This document shows positions 1-11,000 of a stretch of DNA of 32,000 nucleotides, in pieces. Position numbers and translations under genes: made by a program. The notes beneath the pieces were generated by a model. That model did not search any database. It was given only the letters and a program-made list of their open reading frames with translations, and had not been told where the DNA came from. The stretch is from Methanocaldococcus jannaschii DSM 2661 (GTDB lineage Archaea > AGJL01 > Methanococci > Methanococcales > Methanocaldococcaceae), in the NCBI RefSeq assembly GCF_000091665.1, contig NC_000909.1:1374118-1406117 (forward strand), in the 5' to 3' direction. The stretch's first letter is position 1; each line of letters starts with the position of its first letter.

Positions 1-2
1 CA

Positions 3-584
3 GTTCCTGAGAGGTTGTGTGCTATTGGTCTAACTATAGAGGAAGCTGAAGAGATGTTTAAAAAATACAATATAGAAGTTGAGAAAGAGGGAGATTTAGA
101 AAATGCAATTGTTGTTGAACAGGAGCCAGAATATACCTTAGATGTATTAAAGGAAAAGAAAGTTAAAATTAGAGGATTGGATAAGAACAAAATAATCGTT
201 ATAGAGTTGTTTGAAGATAAAGCTCCAATTACAGCATGGTATTTCAGAAAAACTACTGGATTAACAACAAAGAGAGTTGGAAAGCTTCATGTATATTTCA
301 AACATAAGGATATTGTAATGTTTAAAGGGAATCCTGAGTATGCTAAAGGCTTGTTGCCTGAAAACATCCCAACGGATAAAGTTGAACCCTGCTCTATTGG
401 AGTAACAAACATGGTTAGTAGGTATAAGGGAATGATTGGGGTTAGATTGGGAGAGAGTGATAAATTCGGTCCTACTGGAGAAAGCTTTGAAAAAACAAAT
501 ATTGTTGGAGGAATAGTTGAAAATGCAGAGTATTTAAAAAATGTAAAAACTGGAGATGATGTTTATGTATTGCTAAAAAAGTAA
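3..584 (+). CDS. Methanogenesis marker protein 3-like (UPF0288 family), 5' truncated by window edge
   Basis: Frame stays open from base 3 (V-P-E-R-L-C-A...) through the track ORF 15..584. Residues [16 protein letters not shown] and the GPTGE/GGIVEN segment recall the cyclophilin-like UPF0288/Mmp3 family. The TTG at 15 is probably an internal codon. Confidence 0.75.
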
Positions 585-606
585 TTCTTTAATTTTTTTA
601 ATTTTA

Positions 607-909
607 TTATCCATCTTCTTCAACAACAACCGCAGTTCCATAGATGCCAACCATTATCATGTCTCCTTTTTCTCCAACCATTGCATAATTTGAGTTAATC
701 CCAATAATTGCATTAGCTCCTAATTTCTTTGCATTATCTACCATTCTAATTAGGGCAGTATCCTCCGACTCCCTTAATGCCCTTTCATACGCATCTTTAA
801 CATCTTCATAATACTTAACAGTAACATAAACTGATGCAACCCCATGCACAAAGCCCAAATATTTGATTATCTTTTTTCCTTCAATATAAGGAGTTGTGGT
901 AGTTATCAT
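607..909 (-). CDS. YbjQ/UPF0145 (DUF74) family protein
   Basis: The ORF carries the family-like pattern [19 protein letters not shown]...[19 protein letters not shown]. The ATG at 909 follows a GGGTGGGTGGG stretch and is preferred over the GTG at 918. Confidence 0.85.
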
Positions 910-968
910 CCCACCCACCCAAAAACAAATAAGTTAATAAAACTAAATAATGATGTTAATAACCTATG

Positions 969-1685
969 TTAGTTATATATACTTAAATCTTCTGGTATTG
1001 AGAAGTCAAAATCTTTGTTGATATCTTTAATCTCCGTTTCTATAACTATAACTCCATCTAAGTTTCCTTTACTTGAAGTTCCATACAATTTTCCTTTTTT
1101 AATAACTTTTATTGGAGTTCCATACTTATCTAATATAATAACTACTTCCTCTTCAGAGATTTTTAGATTTATTCCTGGGATTTTTATCCCTCTGTAGAAG
1201 AAAGGATTTAATTGTTTTTCAGCATTTTCATCCTTTAACCTTATAATATAATGATTGTTTTCTTCCTCAATTTTTATGTCATTTTTTTCAATTAAGTCTT
1301 TTATATAAGCTAATATATTCCACGTGTGATTGCTTAAATCATTATTTGTTATTTTCTGCCATTTTCCCTCTAATTTTATAAACGTTCCTTCCTCATTTAC
1401 ATAAAAAGGAATTGTCTCATTCCTACCATTAAAGTATCTAACTGTATAATAAACATGTATAATCCCTTTTGATAACTTTCCATCACTGTATCCGTCAATA
1501 TCCATTTTCATATTAACCTTATTTATTGCTGGATTTGAAACACTAAGGTTTATAAACACTTTTGCGTTATAAGAAAATGTGTTAATTTCATCAATCTTTT
1601 TAATTATCTCTTCCTTACTTATCTCTTTATTTAAACAACCGCTGAATGTTATAGTTAATAAAACCAAAAATATTGCCCACCTCAT
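969..1685 (-). CDS. Putative secreted lipoprotein
   Basis: N-terminus MRWAIFLVLLTITFSGC has a hydrophobic signal plus lipobox-type cysteine. GGTG lies just upstream of the ATG at 1685. The body has beta-rich, LppX-like character. Confidence 0.7.
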   Translation of the reverse strand: MRWAIFLVLLTITFSGCLNKEISKEEIIKKIDEINTFSYNAKVFINLSVSNPAINKVNMKMDIDGYSDGKLSKGIIHVYYTVRYFNGRNETIPFYVNEEGTFIKLEGKWQKITNNDLSNHTWNILAYIKDLIEKNDIKIEEENNHYIIRLKDENAEKQLNPFFYRGIKIPGINLKISEEEVVIILDKYGTPIKVIKKGKLYGTSSKGNLDGVIVIETEIKDINKDFDFSIPEDLSIYN

Positions 1686-1769
1686 AGGTGACACCTTAAA
1701 GAGAATACATAATAAATATATTACAACTGATGTATTTAAATCTTTATATCAAAATGAAGGGTGAAACTA

Positions 1770-2873
1770 ATGGAATTAACACCATGGGAAACTCCAGCAG
1801 TTATTGATTACAAAAAGACGATGGAGCAGTTTGGAGTTAAGCCAATAGTTGATGTTTTAGGAGATTTGAAAGAGGAACATCATTTCTTCAGGAGGAATAT
1901 TATATTGGGGCATAGGGATTTTGAGAGAATAGTTGATGCAATAAAAAATAACAAAGAGTTTGCAGTTGTTAGTGGAATGATGCCTTCTGGTAAAATGCAT
2001 TTTGGGCATAAAATGGTGGTAGATTTATTAAAGTTTTATCAAAAATACACTGACAATATAAACATCCCAATAGCTGATTTAGAGGCATATTGGGCAAGAA
2101 ACATGAGCTTTGAAACAACAAAAGAACTTGCTTTAAATGAGTATATAACCAACTACATAGCTCTTGGCTTAGACCCAGAAAAAATTAATGTGTATTTACA
2201 ATCAAAATATCAAAAGGTTAAAGATTTGGCTTTAATTTTATCTAAAAGAACAAATTGGAGTGAGATGAAGGCAATTTATGGATTTAAAGGAGAAACAAAC
2301 ATTGGACACGTCTTTGCCCCAATAGTTCAAGTTGCTGATATTTTACATCCTCAACTTGATGAGAACTTAAGTCCAGAACCAAAACCCGTTGTTGTTCCAG
2401 TAGGAATTGACCAAGACCCGCATATAAGATTAACAAGAGATATTGCAAATAGAGCTAAGGAGTTTAAGTTTATTCCTCCATCTTCAACCTATCACAGATT
2501 TATGACTGGATTGTTAGGAGGAAAAATGAGTTCTTCAAAGCCAGAGACAGCAATATTTTTGACTGATGATGAAAAAACTGTTAAAAAGAAAATATTCTCA
2601 GCAAAAACTGGGGGAAGAGAGACTTTAGAAGAGCATAAGAAGTATGGGGGAGTTCCAGAGGAATGTGTTGTTTATGAGTTGTTTTTATATCACTTAATCT
2701 TAGATGATAAGGAATTAGCTGAAATATATCAAAAATGTAGAAGTGGAGAACTAACTTGTGGTAAATGCAAAAAAATGGCTTATGAAAGAGTTGTAGAGTT
2801 TTTAAAAGATTTGAAGGAGAAGAGAGAGCAAGCAAAGGAAATTGCTGTAAAAATCTTGGAAGGAAAGTATTAA
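1770..2873 (+). CDS. trpS: Tryptophanyl-tRNA synthetase
   Basis: Class I aaRS signatures: GKMHFGHK (HIGH-type) and GGKMSSSKPETAIF (KMSKS-type). An RBS-like GGGTGA precedes ATG 1770; the track starts at GTG 1761. Confidence 0.95.
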   Translation: MELTPWETPAVIDYKKTMEQFGVKPIVDVLGDLKEEHHFFRRNIILGHRDFERIVDAIKNNKEFAVVSGMMPSGKMHFGHKMVVDLLKFYQKYTDNINIPIADLEAYWARNMSFETTKELALNEYITNYIALGLDPEKINVYLQSKYQKVKDLALILSKRTNWSEMKAIYGFKGETNIGHVFAPIVQVADILHPQLDENLSPEPKPVVVPVGIDQDPHIRLTRDIANRAKEFKFIPPSSTYHRFMTGLLGGKMSSSKPETAIFLTDDEKTVKKKIFSAKTGGRETLEEHKKYGGVPEECVVYELFLYHLILDDKELAEIYQKCRSGELTCGKCKKMAYERVVEFLKDLKEKREQAKEIAVKILEGKY

Positions 2874-4228
2874 AATTTCTTTTTTCTCTCTTTTAACAAT
2901 TCAACAACAAAATCTTTCTTTTTAATAGCTTCATCACATGCTCTCCTAACTTTCTCCTTCATCTCCTCAAAATCTCCAGGTTTTCTCTCACCAACAACCT
3001 TTTTAACTGGCGTATATGCGGATTCTCTAAACATTGGTTTTAATGGGATTTTTTTATTTCCATCAACTAAATAACTCTCCTCTCCCTCCTCAACATATCC
3101 AACTTCTATAGCTCCAGTAACCTTTTTTATATCATCAGCATACTCTTCAGGGCAGATAATCATTAAAGAATCTGTTGAAACTCCTAATGGGTCTATATTC
3201 AATACCTCAAGCATCTCTAAAACCTTTGGATTGATTGTTTTATAAACCTTCTCTTTATCAAATATTAAAGAGACCTTAGCTGTTTTTGAAATTTCATAAG
3301 CATCTCCTCTTAAACCGCCATTTGTGACATCTGTCATTGCGTGAATCTTTTTAATTAAACCGCTTCTAATCAAATTCTGACATGCCTTTATAAAATCCAC
3401 ATTTAAAGTTTCATAAATCACGTCAAACCATCCATAATACAGGGCAGTTGTTGTTATCGTCCCTCCTCCACTACCCTCTGTCATCAAAATAACATCTCCA
3501 ACTTCAGCGTTTCTTCTTGCTGTTGGTTCTCCCTCTTTAATAACTCCTATTGCACCAACAGCACTAACCAACCTATCTCCAATTACCATATCCCCTCCAA
3601 CTCTCAGCGTGCTTCCTCCTATTAAAGGAACATTAACAGCCTCAGAAACAGCACAAATTCCAGCTGTGAAGTCAAATATCTTCCCTACATCTCCATCATC
3701 AGCTAAATGCACATCACTAATTAAAGCAACCGCCTCAGCTCCCATGACATAGATATCTCTTAAAGCAGCTCTTGTTACATGAAAACCTCCTAAAAATGGG
3801 AAATCACTAAGCCTTGAGTGAGTTCCATCTATTGCCGCAACTATGTATTTAGCATCAGCTCTAACAATCCCTGCATCATCTTGCTCTTCAGCTGAAACAT
3901 AGGCTTTAACTTTAGTGCTTTTAACAATCCTTGCTATTTCTCTATGAACAAAGAAATCTCCTTCTCCTCTACTACCAACTCCCATTCTTCCCATTGTTAC
4001 TCCAGATTTTGGATATTTTAGTAGAGTTTTTAAATTCTCATCATCAATCTCTCTAAATTTTTCAGTTGTCTTTACCTCCTCTAAAATTGCCTTTATAAAC
4101 TTTTTTGCAAACTCCTCATCTACATCTTCTTTAATCTCTAAAATTCTCTTAAACCCATCCTCAATAATCTTATTTTCTGGGATTTTTTTTCTTAGGCATC
4201 TTCTAACATATCCTTCTAAATCCATCAT
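2870..4228 (-). CDS. AIR synthase (PurM)/HypE/selenophosphate synthetase-related protein
   Basis: 452 aa with GMGVGSRGEGDF, AAIDGTHSRLSDFPFLGGFH, GDVILMTEGSGGGTITT, and MTDVTNGGLRGDAYEI, a PurM-like ATP-binding architecture. Confidence 0.85.
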   Translation of the reverse strand: MMDLEGYVRRCLRKKIPENKIIEDGFKRILEIKEDVDEEFAKKFIKAILEEVKTTEKFREIDDENLKTLLKYPKSGVTMGRMGVGSRGEGDFFVHREIARIVKSTKVKAYVSAEEQDDAGIVRADAKYIVAAIDGTHSRLSDFPFLGGFHVTRAALRDIYVMGAEAVALISDVHLADDGDVGKIFDFTAGICAVSEAVNVPLIGGSTLRVGGDMVIGDRLVSAVGAIGVIKEGEPTARRNAEVGDVILMTEGSGGGTITTTALYYGWFDVIYETLNVDFIKACQNLIRSGLIKKIHAMTDVTNGGLRGDAYEISKTAKVSLIFDKEKVYKTINPKVLEMLEVLNIDPLGVSTDSLMIICPEEYADDIKKVTGAIEVGYVEEGEESYLVDGNKKIPLKPMFRESAYTPVKKVVGERKPGDFEEMKEKVRRACDEAIKKKDFVVELLKERKKKF

Positions 4229-4360
4229 ATCACCATAACTAAAAATTATAAATATAAGATTATGATATTATGATAAGGCATCTTCCTTTTAATAGTAACT
4301 AAAAATTTAAAAGATTTATATATGTCAATATATTTACAGAGATTTTTATAAGGTGTTAAT

Positions 4361-6310
4361 ATGTTTTCAATAAAATTTAAAACTACTGAGGAATTGCCAG
4401 AACCATCACCAAGGTTAATTGACCAAGTTATTGGACAAGAGGAAGCTGTAAAAATTGTTTTGTCTGCTGTAAAAAATAAGAGAAATGTTATTTTATTAGG
4501 AGACCCTGGAGTAGGAAAATCAATGATAGTTAAAGCAGTTGGAGAAATTTTATCTGATTTTGGTGAATTTACTCCTTATTATGTAATTGCAAAACCAAAT
4601 TTAAAGAATATGGAGAGACCAATAGTTGAGGTTATAGATGGAGAGTATAAAGAAGACTCAAAAGACATGCCAAAATTGGATTTTAAAGCTCCAAGCTCAA
4701 CAACTTTACTTCTAATAATGATTGGTGCTATACTACTGTCAGAATATCTTTTAAAATATTTACCACAAAATTACTTACTGGCAGCTGTAACCATAACTGC
4801 TCTAATAGTTTTAATCTTTGGATTTGTAATTATTTTAACAAGCATAATGGGGGCTTCAAGGGCTTCAATGCCAAATAATCTAAATCCAATGGATTTAAAG
4901 CCAGTCCTCTTATATGAATGTAAAAAAAGACCTCTTGTAAGAGCAAGTGCTTACAACGTAACAAGGTTGTTAGGGGATATAAAACACTGTCCATTAGGTG
5001 GAAGACCTCCATTAGGAACTCCTCCACATAAGAGGATTATATTAGGAGCTATTCACGAGGCACACAGAGGAATTTTATACGTTGATGAAATAAAAACAAT
5101 GCCTTTGGAAGTTCAGGACTACATTTTAACTGCTCTACAAGATAAACAACTTCCAATAAGTGGGAGAAATCCAAATTCAAGTGGAGCCACTGTAGAAACA
5201 AACCCAATACCATGTGACTTCATCCTAATAATGTCTGGAAACATGGATGATGTTTATAATTTGAGAGCTCCACTGTTGGATAGGATTGACTATAAGATAG
5301 TTTTAAAGAATAAAATGGACAACACCCTAGAAAATAGGGATAAGTTATTACAGTTTATAGTTCAAGAGATAAAGAACAACAACTTAAACCCAATGACTTA
5401 CGATGGATGTTGTGAAGTTGTCAGAATTGCTCAATACTTGGCAGGTTCAAAGGATAAATTAACTTTAAGGTTAAGATTGCTTGCAAATATTATAAAAATG
5501 GCAAATGATGTAGCTATGGGTAAAGATGTTGAAGAATTATTGGGCAATTTTGATGATAAGGGAGAATATCATCCAGAAACTCAAAAAGATAAAAGTAACA
5601 AGGTATATATAACTGCAGAACACGTGAGAAAGGTATTTGATACTGGAATTTACAGTATGGAAAAACAGGTGGCATTAAACTACATCAAAAACTTCAAGAG
5701 ATACAAGCATATTGTGCCAAATGATGAACCAAAGGTTGGAGTTATATACGGCTTAGCTGTATTAGGAGCTGGAGGAATAGGGGATGTAACAAAGATTATT
5801 GTTCAAATATTAGAATCAAAAAACCCAGGAACTCATCTATTAAATATTTCTGGAGATATTGCAAAGCATTCAATAACTTTAGCTTCAGCATTGTCAAAAA
5901 AATTAGTAGCTGAGAAGAAACTTCCTCTACCTAAGAAAGATATTGACTTAAATAATAAAGAGATATATATCCAATTCAGTCAGTCATATTCAAAGATTGA
6001 TGGGGATAGTGCTACAGCTGCAGTTTGTTTAGCTATAATATCTGCTTTATTAGACATTCCATTAAAACAGGACTTTGCAATAACTGGAAGCTTAGATTTA
6101 AGTGGGAATGTTTTAGCTATTGGAGGAGTTAATGAGAAGATAGAGGCAGCTAAGAGATACGGGTTTAAGAGGGTTATTATTCCAGAGGCAAACATGATAG
6201 ATGTTATTGAAACAGAGGGAATAGAGATTATTCCTGTAAAAACCTTGGATGAGATAGTTCCTCTTGTATTTGATTTGGATAATAGGGGGGGGGCAGAAAG
6301 ATTTAACTAA
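4361..6310 (+). CDS. lon: Archaeal LonB-type ATP-dependent protease, membrane-anchored
   Basis: Walker A GDPGVGKS. Two hydrophobic segments (TTLLLIMIGAILL..., LLAAVTITALIVLIFGFVIIL) are inserted in the AAA domain. The Ser-Lys dyad lies in DGDSATAAVCLAI and IGGVNEKIEAAKRYG. GGTG precedes ATG. Confidence 0.95.
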   Translation: MFSIKFKTTEELPEPSPRLIDQVIGQEEAVKIVLSAVKNKRNVILLGDPGVGKSMIVKAVGEILSDFGEFTPYYVIAKPNLKNMERPIVEVIDGEYKEDSKDMPKLDFKAPSSTTLLLIMIGAILLSEYLLKYLPQNYLLAAVTITALIVLIFGFVIILTSIMGASRASMPNNLNPMDLKPVLLYECKKRPLVRASAYNVTRLLGDIKHCPLGGRPPLGTPPHKRIILGAIHEAHRGILYVDEIKTMPLEVQDYILTALQDKQLPISGRNPNSSGATVETNPIPCDFILIMSGNMDDVYNLRAPLLDRIDYKIVLKNKMDNTLENRDKLLQFIVQEIKNNNLNPMTYDGCCEVVRIAQYLAGSKDKLTLRLRLLANIIKMANDVAMGKDVEELLGNFDDKGEYHPETQKDKSNKVYITAEHVRKVFDTGIYSMEKQVALNYIKNFKRYKHIVPNDEPKVGVIYGLAVLGAGGIGDVTKIIVQILESKNPGTHLLNISGDIAKHSITLASALSKKLVAEKKLPLPKKDIDLNNKEIYIQFSQSYSKIDGDSATAAVCLAIISALLDIPLKQDFAITGSLDLSGNVLAIGGVNEKIEAAKRYGFKRVIIPEANMIDVIETEGIEIIPVKTLDEIVPLVFDLDNRGGAERFN

Positions 6311-6701
6311 TAAAATATTAGATGAAATAAAGAAATTATATGAGCAACTTGATGAGATTAAAGATAAAAATATCAACTCTTCCAATGTTCAATTAAACGA
6401 ATTTATGAGGCAAAATGTAAATATGTTAAAAGAGCTAAATCAAAAAATTGATAAATATCTTGAAAATAATAATGAAATTTTAAAAGAAATGGAGAAATAT
6501 GTTAAAGAAGACATAGAACATAAAAATAGAATGGAAAGAAAATTAAAACAAATATCTATGCTATTACTCATAGTAATAATTGCAATAGGTCTTACAATTA
6601 GCTATATGGTAATATTAAATAATGAATATTTATCTACCCAGCTTTTTAATTATATACAAATAGCTATTCAATATTTAAAATCACTATTATCTAATTATTA
6701 A
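6264..6701 (+). CDS. Uncharacterised coiled-coil protein with C-terminal transmembrane segment
   Basis: Long open frame rich in K/E/N/L (DEIKKLYEQLDEIKDK...EILKEMEKYVKED) followed by SMLLLIVIIAIGLTISYMVIL. Start uncertain: TTG 6264 overlaps lon, and the first in-frame ATG is 6405. Confidence 0.5.
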   Translation: MYLIWIIGGGQKDLTNKILDEIKKLYEQLDEIKDKNINSSNVQLNEFMRQNVNMLKELNQKIDKYLENNNEILKEMEKYVKEDIEHKNRMERKLKQISMLLLIVIIAIGLTISYMVILNNEYLSTQLFNYIQIAIQYLKSLLSNY

Positions 6702-6725
6702 CTTAATATTTAAATAAGGGCTACT

Positions 6726-7019
6726 ATGGATGAAAAGGAAATAGAGGAGAGGTTTGAAGTATTGAGTAAAAAAATTTTAGAATTAGAGAAGAGAGTAGAT
6801 GCAAAACTAAAAGAAAATGAGAAAAAATTAGATGAAAAAACTAATAAAATATTAAAACAAGAGGCGTTGTTAGCTTTAGGAATATACATAAAAACCATGG
6901 AGGATTTAAAAAGAAACCTAAAAATAATCCGCATTAATATCATAATCTTAGGGATTTTAATTGTATTTCTTTATATAACGGTTATAATCTTGATGTTGAA
7001 ACTAATAAAAATATTTTAA
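6726..7019 (+). CDS. Uncharacterised small coiled-coil/transmembrane protein
   Basis: 97 aa: heptad-like N-terminus ([34 protein letters not shown]) and C-terminal TM ([21 protein letters not shown]). Sits 24 nt after the previous ORF and 8 nt before the aldolase gene. Confidence 0.65.
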   Translation: MDEKEIEERFEVLSKKILELEKRVDAKLKENEKKLDEKTNKILKQEALLALGIYIKTMEDLKRNLKIIRINIIILGILIVFLYITVIILMLKLIKIF

Positions 7020-7027
7020 GTGAGATT

Positions 7028-7573
7028 ATGGACAAAAAGCAATTTATTAAAATATGTAGAAAATTGTATGATAGGAAATATGTTGTAGGTAGTGGAGGCA
7101 ATGTATCAGTTAAAGAGGGGGATAAAATATATCTGACTCCAACTGGCTCTATTTTAGGGTTTTTAAAGGAAGATGATATAGCTGAAATGGATTTGGATGG
7201 TAATGTTATAAAAGGAAAACCTACATCAGAAAAAAATCTCCACTTAATGATTTATAGAAAAAGAAATGACATAAACGCAATAATCCACACTCATTCACTT
7301 ATATCAACTTTTTTATCGACAATAAACAAAGAAATAGAACTTTTAACACCAGAAGGAAAAATATTTTTGAAGAAAATTGGTTATGTTGATTACTATGAGG
7401 CAGGTAGTTTAAAATTAGCTGAAGAAACAGCAAAAAGAGATGAGGACGTTATTATATTAAAAAATCATGGAGTAGTTTGTTTAGGTAAAGATTTGATAGA
7501 TGCATATATAAAAGTGGAGGTTTTAGAAGAACAAGCTAAACTTACACTTTTAAACCTTCTTGTAAAGAAATAG
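7028..7573 (+). CDS. fucA: Class II aldolase (L-fuculose-1-phosphate aldolase-like)
   Basis: 181 aa with [42 protein letters not shown], typical of class II aldolase/adducin metal-site motifs. Confidence 0.9.
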   Translation: MDKKQFIKICRKLYDRKYVVGSGGNVSVKEGDKIYLTPTGSILGFLKEDDIAEMDLDGNVIKGKPTSEKNLHLMIYRKRNDINAIIHTHSLISTFLSTINKEIELLTPEGKIFLKKIGYVDYYEAGSLKLAEETAKRDEDVIILKNHGVVCLGKDLIDAYIKVEVLEEQAKLTLLNLLVKK

Positions 7574-7588
7574 TGGGGATTTTTAAAT

Positions 7589-7870
7589 TTATTTAACTCT
7601 TTCTAATTCACTAACAATACTCCAAATTTGTGTTCTTGTGTGAAGTGGCATGTTTGGGTCGTTGCTAATCTCATCTAAGATGTGGATTGCTGTTGCACTT
7701 CTAACGATTGGCTCCTCCCCCTCTTTTAAAACAGCTTCTTTAGCCTTTTCAGCAGCAGCTCTAATGTTTCTTGGAACGGTTGTATCGTTAATTATCTCAT
7801 CCAACATCAAAGCAACTCCTTTTAATATTTCCTCAGGTGTTTTCTCACTCGCTGCACTACCAAATACCAT
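7589..7870 (-). CDS. UPF0147 family protein
   Basis: Small helical protein (ALMLDEIINDTTVPRNIRAAAEKAKEAVL...AIHILDEISNDPNMPLHTRTQIWSIVSELE) typical of the archaeal UPF0147 family. GGTGAG precedes ATG 7870; the track start 7894 is probably too far upstream. Confidence 0.85.
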   Translation of the reverse strand: MVFGSAASEKTPEEILKGVALMLDEIINDTTVPRNIRAAAEKAKEAVLKEGEEPIVRSATAIHILDEISNDPNMPLHTRTQIWSIVSELERVK

Positions 7871-8003
7871 AACTCTCACCTCCAAACAAAGCATTATATA
7901 ATATATTTAAAAGAGAATTATTTAAAATTAGTATTAATATTATTGTTTATGGGTTTTAACTATTTATTACTTTAGGAGATATTTAGGTTTATCGGTGAAA
8001 TTT

Positions 8004-11000
8004 ATGTGTGGTATCATTGGCTATATAGGTAATGATAAAGCTCCAAAAATCTTATTAAATGGATTAAGAAGGTTGGAATATAGAGGATATGATAGCTGTG
8101 GAATTGGAGTTGTTGATAATAATAAACTAATTATTAAAAAGAATGTGGGCAAAGTTGAAGAGGTTGCTAAAAAAGAGAGATTTTTGGATATTGATGGAAA
8201 TATTGGGATAGGGCATTGTTTGCATCCAGATACTTATGTTATATTGCCAGATGGAAGAATGAAAAAGATTTCTGAAATTGATGAAGATGAGGTTTTATCA
8301 GTTAATTTTGAAGATTTAAAGCTATATAATAAAAAAATCAAAAAGTTTAAACATAAAGCACCAAAGATATTATATAAGATAAAAACTGCCTTTTCTGAAC
8401 TTATTACAACTGGAGAACATAAATTGTTTGTTGTAGAGAATGGAAAGATAGTTGAGAAGTGTGTTAAAGATTTGAATGGAAGTGAGTTAATTGGTGTAGT
8501 GAGGAAGTTAAATTATAGCTTTAATGATAATGTTGAGTTTAAGGATGTATATGTTGAAAGGCATTATAAGTTAGATGAAACAATAAGAAATAAACTAAGA
8601 AAAGTTAGAGAAAAATTAGGACTAACAAGAAAAGACGTTGAAAAATTATGTGGAGTTAAAGAAATATATATTGTAAAAATTGAAACTGGAAAATTAGAGA
8701 GTATTGAAGAAGAGAGATTAAAGAAATTATGTTCTCTTTATGGTATCAACTTTGAAGAGATTATATATAGGGATAACTTACATTACACAAATCCTGTTAA
8801 ATTTCCAAAAACTCCTACTCCAGAATTAATGCAGATTATTGGTTATATTATTGGAGATGGGCATTTCCCTTCAAATAGGATGTTGAGATTGAAGGATGAA
8901 AGAAAAGAAGTTTTAGAGGAATATAATCAACTATTTAAAACTGTCTTTAACTTAGAAGGGAATATCAAAAAAGGAGATGGCAATTATTATATATTAGAGA
9001 TAAACAGCAAATACCTGATTGATTGGTTCAGAGAAAACATTCCAGAGTTATTTAATAAAACCGGTAATGAGAGAACTCCAGAATTTGTATTTAGATTAAA
9101 TAATGATTTGGTTGCATCATATTTAAGAGGAATATTTGATGCAGAAGGTTATATAAGAGCTGAGGCTAAGCAAATTGGTATAGGAATGACTTCCAAATGC
9201 TTTATAAAAGAGATTCAGTTCTTGTTGTTGAGATTTGGAATTTTAGCATCATATTCAAAAATTAAAAGAAAAGAGGAAAATTGGAACAATACTCATAAGC
9301 TTCTTATAAGTGATAAAAAATCCTTTGAATTATTTAAAAAATACATTGGTTTTACTGCAAAGGACAAAATGGAGAAATTAGAGGCTATATTAAACAAAAT
9401 GAAAGGACTTAACTTTAGATATATTTCAATTCCTTTAACTAAAAAAGAGATTAGGGAATTTGTAGGAGTTCCATTAAAAACAATAAAAAATGGAGATAAC
9501 TATTGCACCGATTACACAATAGAAAAGATTATTGAAGAACTAAACAGTAAAGGACTATATGATAAAGCAGAGTATTTAAAAAGATTTTTAGACGCTGATA
9601 TAGTTTGGACAAAATTTAAAATTGAAGAGGTTGAATCTGATGTTGAATATGTCTATGATTTAGAGGTTGAGGACTATCATAATTTCATTGGGAATTTAAT
9701 AATTAATCATAATTCAAGATGGGCAACACACGGAAATGTATGCAAAGAAAACGCTCATCCCCATACTGACTGCAAAGAAGAGATTGCAGTAGTTCATAAT
9801 GGAATCATCTCTAACTACAAAGAGTTAAAAGATGAATTAATGAAGAAGGGGCATAAATTTAAATCAGAAACTGATACTGAAGTTGTCCCTCACTTAATTG
9901 AAGAAGAATTAAAAAAATTTAAAGAAATTAATGAAGAAAATTACATAAAAGCCGTTAAAAATGCAATTAAAAAATTAAAAGGAACTTATGCATTAGTTAT
10001 AATAAATAAAAATTTCCCAAACCTATTAATTGGGGCAAGAAATGAAAGTCCCCTAATATTGGGAATTAATGATGACGGCTATTTTTTAGGGAGTGATATA
10101 ACTGCCTTTTTAGATTACACAAATAAAGCAATTCCATTAGAGGATGGAGATGTTGTTGTAATTAAAAAGAAAGAAAATGGATATGAAGTAACTATAGAAA
10201 ATAATGGAAATACTGTTGAAAGAGAGATGATGGAAATCAATTGGGATATAAGTTCTGCTGAAAAGATGGGTTATCCTCACTTCATGCTAAAAGAAATTAT
10301 GGAACAGCCAGAGGTTTTAAAAGTCTCTGCCAAAATATCCGCTGAAGAAATTAAAGAATTGGCAAAATGTATAAAAGATTATGATAGGGTTTATTTTGTA
10401 GCCATGGGAACCTCCTTACATGCGGCAATGGTTGTAGAGTATTTGTTTGCAAAGCTTGGAAAGCTGGTTATAGCTTGTGATGCATCTGAATTTTTAAATA
10501 AAGGGGTTGTTGATGATAAAACCTTAGTTATAGGGATTACACAAAGTGGAGAAACCTACGATACTTTAAAGGCATTGAGATTTGCTAAGAAAAATAAGGC
10601 AAAAACTGGAGCTATAGTTAATGTTTTGGGAAGCACAGCTACAAGAGAGGCGGATATAACCGTTATGATGGGAGCAGGGATAGAGATAGCTGTCTGTGCT
10701 ACTAAAACTTACACATCCCAGTTAATGATACTGTATAGGTTGTTTATTGAATATGGAAAGCTTTTAGGTAGAGATATGAGTGAATATGAGAAAGAGATTG
10801 ATAAAATTCCGAATTATATAAAGGAGGTTTTAGATAAAAAAGAAACAATTAAAGAAATAGCCAACAATCTAAAAGTAAATAACTACATATTCATCTCTAA
10901 AGGAATAAATATTGCAAGTGCATTGGAAGGAGCCTTAAAATTTAAAGAAATAACTTATTTACATGCTGAGGGGATGAGTGGGGGACTGTTAAAGCATGGA

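Noticed and set aside
1015-1197. Plus-strand ORF antisense to the lipoprotein gene
   Set aside because: Low-complexity S/I/P-rich shadow of the minus-strand CDS, with no RBS or family features.
2581-2835. Minus-strand ORF inside trpS
   Set aside because: Antisense shadow of a clearly identified CDS.
4830-6385. Minus-strand ORFs 4830..5027, 5980..6195 and 6113..6385 within lon and its 3' junction
   Set aside because: All are antisense to strong LonB coding sequence and have no recognisable domains.
6710-7901. Antisense ORFs 6710..6943 and 7650..7901
   Set aside because: Opposite strand to better-supported small genes (coiled-coil/TM ORF and UPF0147 gene).
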